Virus record (IMG/VR): IMGVR_UViG_3300002026_000105
Strand: one strand, 5' to 3'
Source: a virus
DNA length: 32,713 nucleotides
The position numbers were made by a program, and so were the translations under genes. The notes below the pieces were generated by a model, which was given only the letters and a program-made list of their open reading frames with translations, had not been told where the DNA came from and did no database searches. Positions within the stretch are counted from its first letter, which is position 1; each line of letters starts with the position of its first letter. Below are positions 31,882 through 32,713 of this stretch, one piece after another.

Positions 31882-32006
31882 ATTACTCCATAATGAATAA
31901 GAAGACCAAGGGTTGTAATACCAATACTAACTACAACCTTCCAAGTTTCTACTACTAAAATTGTAACAACCTCACGAGCTTCATCACTAAGTACTACATC
32001 TTCCAT
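31878..32006 (-). CDS. Small TM protein (42 aa, below the ORF-track cutoff), coupled to the lipoprotein gene
   Basis: GAGGAGAACAAG precedes the ATG. Translation gives MEDVVLSDEAREVVTILVVETWKVVVSIGITTLGLLIHYGVI. The stop overlaps the lipoprotein ATG (ATGA). Confidence 0.45.
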   Translation of the reverse strand: MEDVVLSDEAREVVTILVVETWKVVVSIGITTLGLLIHYGVI

Positions 32007-32028
32007 CTTGTTCTCCTCTATACCTATT

Positions 32029-32056
32029 ATTATATCACATCTTAACCGTGTCTAAA
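32029..32056 (-). promoter_or_regulatory. Sigma70-like promoter P2 (TTTAGA-16 nt-TGaTATAAT)
   Basis: Minus strand reads GTTTAGACA CGGTTAAGATGTGA TATAAT with an extended -10 TG. It lies upstream of the 42-aa ORF SD. Confidence 0.55.
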
Positions 32057-32168
32057 CTATGCTTTAAAACAATAAGAGGTTTACTCCATTGCTAGAAAGG
32101 ATAATAACACCGATAAGAGCCACAACCATCAATAACCCTAATAACACTATGTCTTTGTTCATACTAAT

Positions 32169-32196
32169 ATTGTATACTATTATTATCTTGTCTAAA
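32169..32196 (-). promoter_or_regulatory. Sigma70-like promoter P1 (TTTAGA-16 nt-TACAAT)
   Basis: Minus strand reads GTTTAGACA AGATAATAATAGTA TACAAT. It has the same 9-mer and the same spacing as P2, and it directly follows the late-operon terminator. Confidence 0.45.
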
Positions 32197-32225
32197 CAAA
32201 AAAAGGCTGGACTGACAGTCCAACC
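32197..32225 (-). terminator. Intrinsic terminator ending the late operon
   Basis: Minus strand reads GGTTGGACT-GTC-AGTCCAGCC followed by TTTTTTTG. Confidence 0.8.
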
Positions 32226-32269
32226 TTTTAGGGAGTTAAAAAAACATGAATATAATAGTTTGTTATACA

Positions 32270-32665
32270 CTATAAACTATGCCACACAAGTAGCGCCGTT
32301 TCACCTAAAATAGCTACTAATAAAACTTTATTTAAAAGTTTTGATAGTTTGAAGGATCTTTCTAAGCTTTGAAACTGCATCAGTTGATCTTTCGATATCT
32401 TTTCTAGCTGTGTCAATTGCAATTGATCTTCTTTTATCACTCTCTTCATATCCTCTGATAATTTGCTCAAGTTCTCCAATCTGACCAAGTCTATAAGTCT
32501 GACTTTTTCTAAGTCTGTCAATTGAATCTGAAGACTCCTGTTCGAGTCTTCTATAGTCTTCAATTGATACAAACCTTGATCTGCTAATTCCGATAAAGAC
32601 TCCTGAGGAAATAACCACACCGAGCACAAAAGAAAGAAACACCAGTAAAATAGTTTTTTGCACAT
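32270..32665 (-). CDS. Envelope protein: signal/lipobox-like N-terminus, Leu-heptad coiled coil, hydrophobic C-terminus (131 aa)
   Basis: The ATG lies 2 nt after the HNH-AP2 stop in the closed circle, with AAGGAATAATA upstream. The N-terminus is MCKKLFYWCFFLLC|S and the C-terminus is LLNKVLLVAILGETALLVW. Confidence 0.55.
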   Translation of the reverse strand: MCKKLFYWCFFLLCSVWLFPQESLSELADQGLYQLKTIEDSNRSLQIQLTDLEKVRLIDLVRLENLSKLSEDMKRVIKEDQLQLTQLEKISKDQLMQFQSLERSFKLSKLLNKVLLVAILGETALLVWHSL

Positions 32666-32699
32666 TATTATTCCTTAAAATTAAGATAAGCTTCTTCAC
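32328..32699 (-). CDS. Alternative-frame ORF: N-terminal TM plus charged helical domain (123 aa, GTG start), i-spanin-like architecture
   Basis: It overlaps 32270..32665 on the same strand in a different frame for 338 nt. The TM segment is TILLVFLSFVLGVVISSGVFIGI. Only GTG starts are available (32699, inside the HNH gene, or 32663). Confidence 0.3.
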   Translation of the reverse strand: MKKLILILRNNNVQKTILLVFLSFVLGVVISSGVFIGISRSRFVSIEDYRRLEQESSDSIDRLRKSQTYRLGQIGELEQIIRGYEESDKRRSIAIDTARKDIERSTDAVSKLRKILQTIKTFK

Positions 32700-32713
32700 C
32701 CCATAACTCTAGG
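32623..32713. repeat. Second copy of the 91-nt terminal overlap (identical to 1..91)
   Basis: Exact identity to bases 1-91 by direct comparison. Confidence 0.95.

Noticed and set aside
32064-32270. 68-aa track ORF
   Set aside because: Its 5' half spans the strong late terminator hairpin and T-run and promoter P1. Only the distal 32 codons (from the ATG at 32162) remain as a speculative leaderless micro-ORF.
1-32713. Lysogeny module (integrase, CI-like repressor, attP) or plasmid-prophage partition genes
   Set aside because: No tyrosine or serine recombinase motifs, ParAB-like genes or divergent repressor/Cro arrangement were seen. The Bro-N and RHH genes alone do not establish a temperate lifestyle.

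Overview
This window is a complete, or nearly complete, AT-rich dsDNA phage genome assembled as a circle. Bases 1-91 are identical to 32623-32713, so the unique length is 32,622 bp. Every credible gene lies on the minus strand. Genes are tightly packed, with frequent ATGA, TAATG or TTGA stop/start overlaps and strong AGGAG-type Shine-Dalgarno sites. Following the direction of transcription (descending coordinates), the layout is as follows. (1) 32200-29400 is an early or accessory region with two sigma70-like promoters, a small TM peptide, a transglutaminase-like lipoprotein, an HNH-AP2 homing endonuclease, small ORFs and a Bro-N protein. (2) 29240-27108 is a replication module with an AEP primase fused to an SF3 helicase, followed by an extremely AT-rich origin-like region. 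(3) 26900-22760 holds many small early or middle genes: MORN/YwqK-like, PD-(D/E)XK nuclease, HNH nuclease, a sigma-like candidate, an RHH protein and a winged-helix protein. (4) 22657-5750 is the structural module: TerL, portal, scaffold, major capsid, a 440-aa protein, a 1760-aa beta-propeller giant, a protein with a peptidase-S74 chaperone domain, and ejection-like proteins. (5) 5610-4440 is a lysis-like cassette. (6) 4328-734 holds two receptor-binding fibres that share an N-terminal anchor. (7) The late operon ends with a second HNH-AP2 gene and a dual-frame envelope-protein locus, followed by a strong terminator. There is no integrase, tail tube or sheath, DNA polymerase, tRNA or CRISPR, so the gene content looks like a lytic podovirus of a diderm, SD-using, AT-rich host (inference). 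Five things deserve the most follow-up. First, two ORFs of more than 120 codons overlap almost completely on the same strand, with complementary spanin-like architectures. Second, a perfect 46-bp promoter-like repeat occurs twice, and each copy is followed about 80 nt later by an intrinsic terminator. Third, a 13-nt motif (CATAACTATATAT) is conserved in front of late genes, and a sigma-like candidate gene lies nearby. Fourth, there are palindromic operator-like sites. Fifth, there are unusual virion proteins. All functional calls rest on reading motifs by eye; no database search was run.
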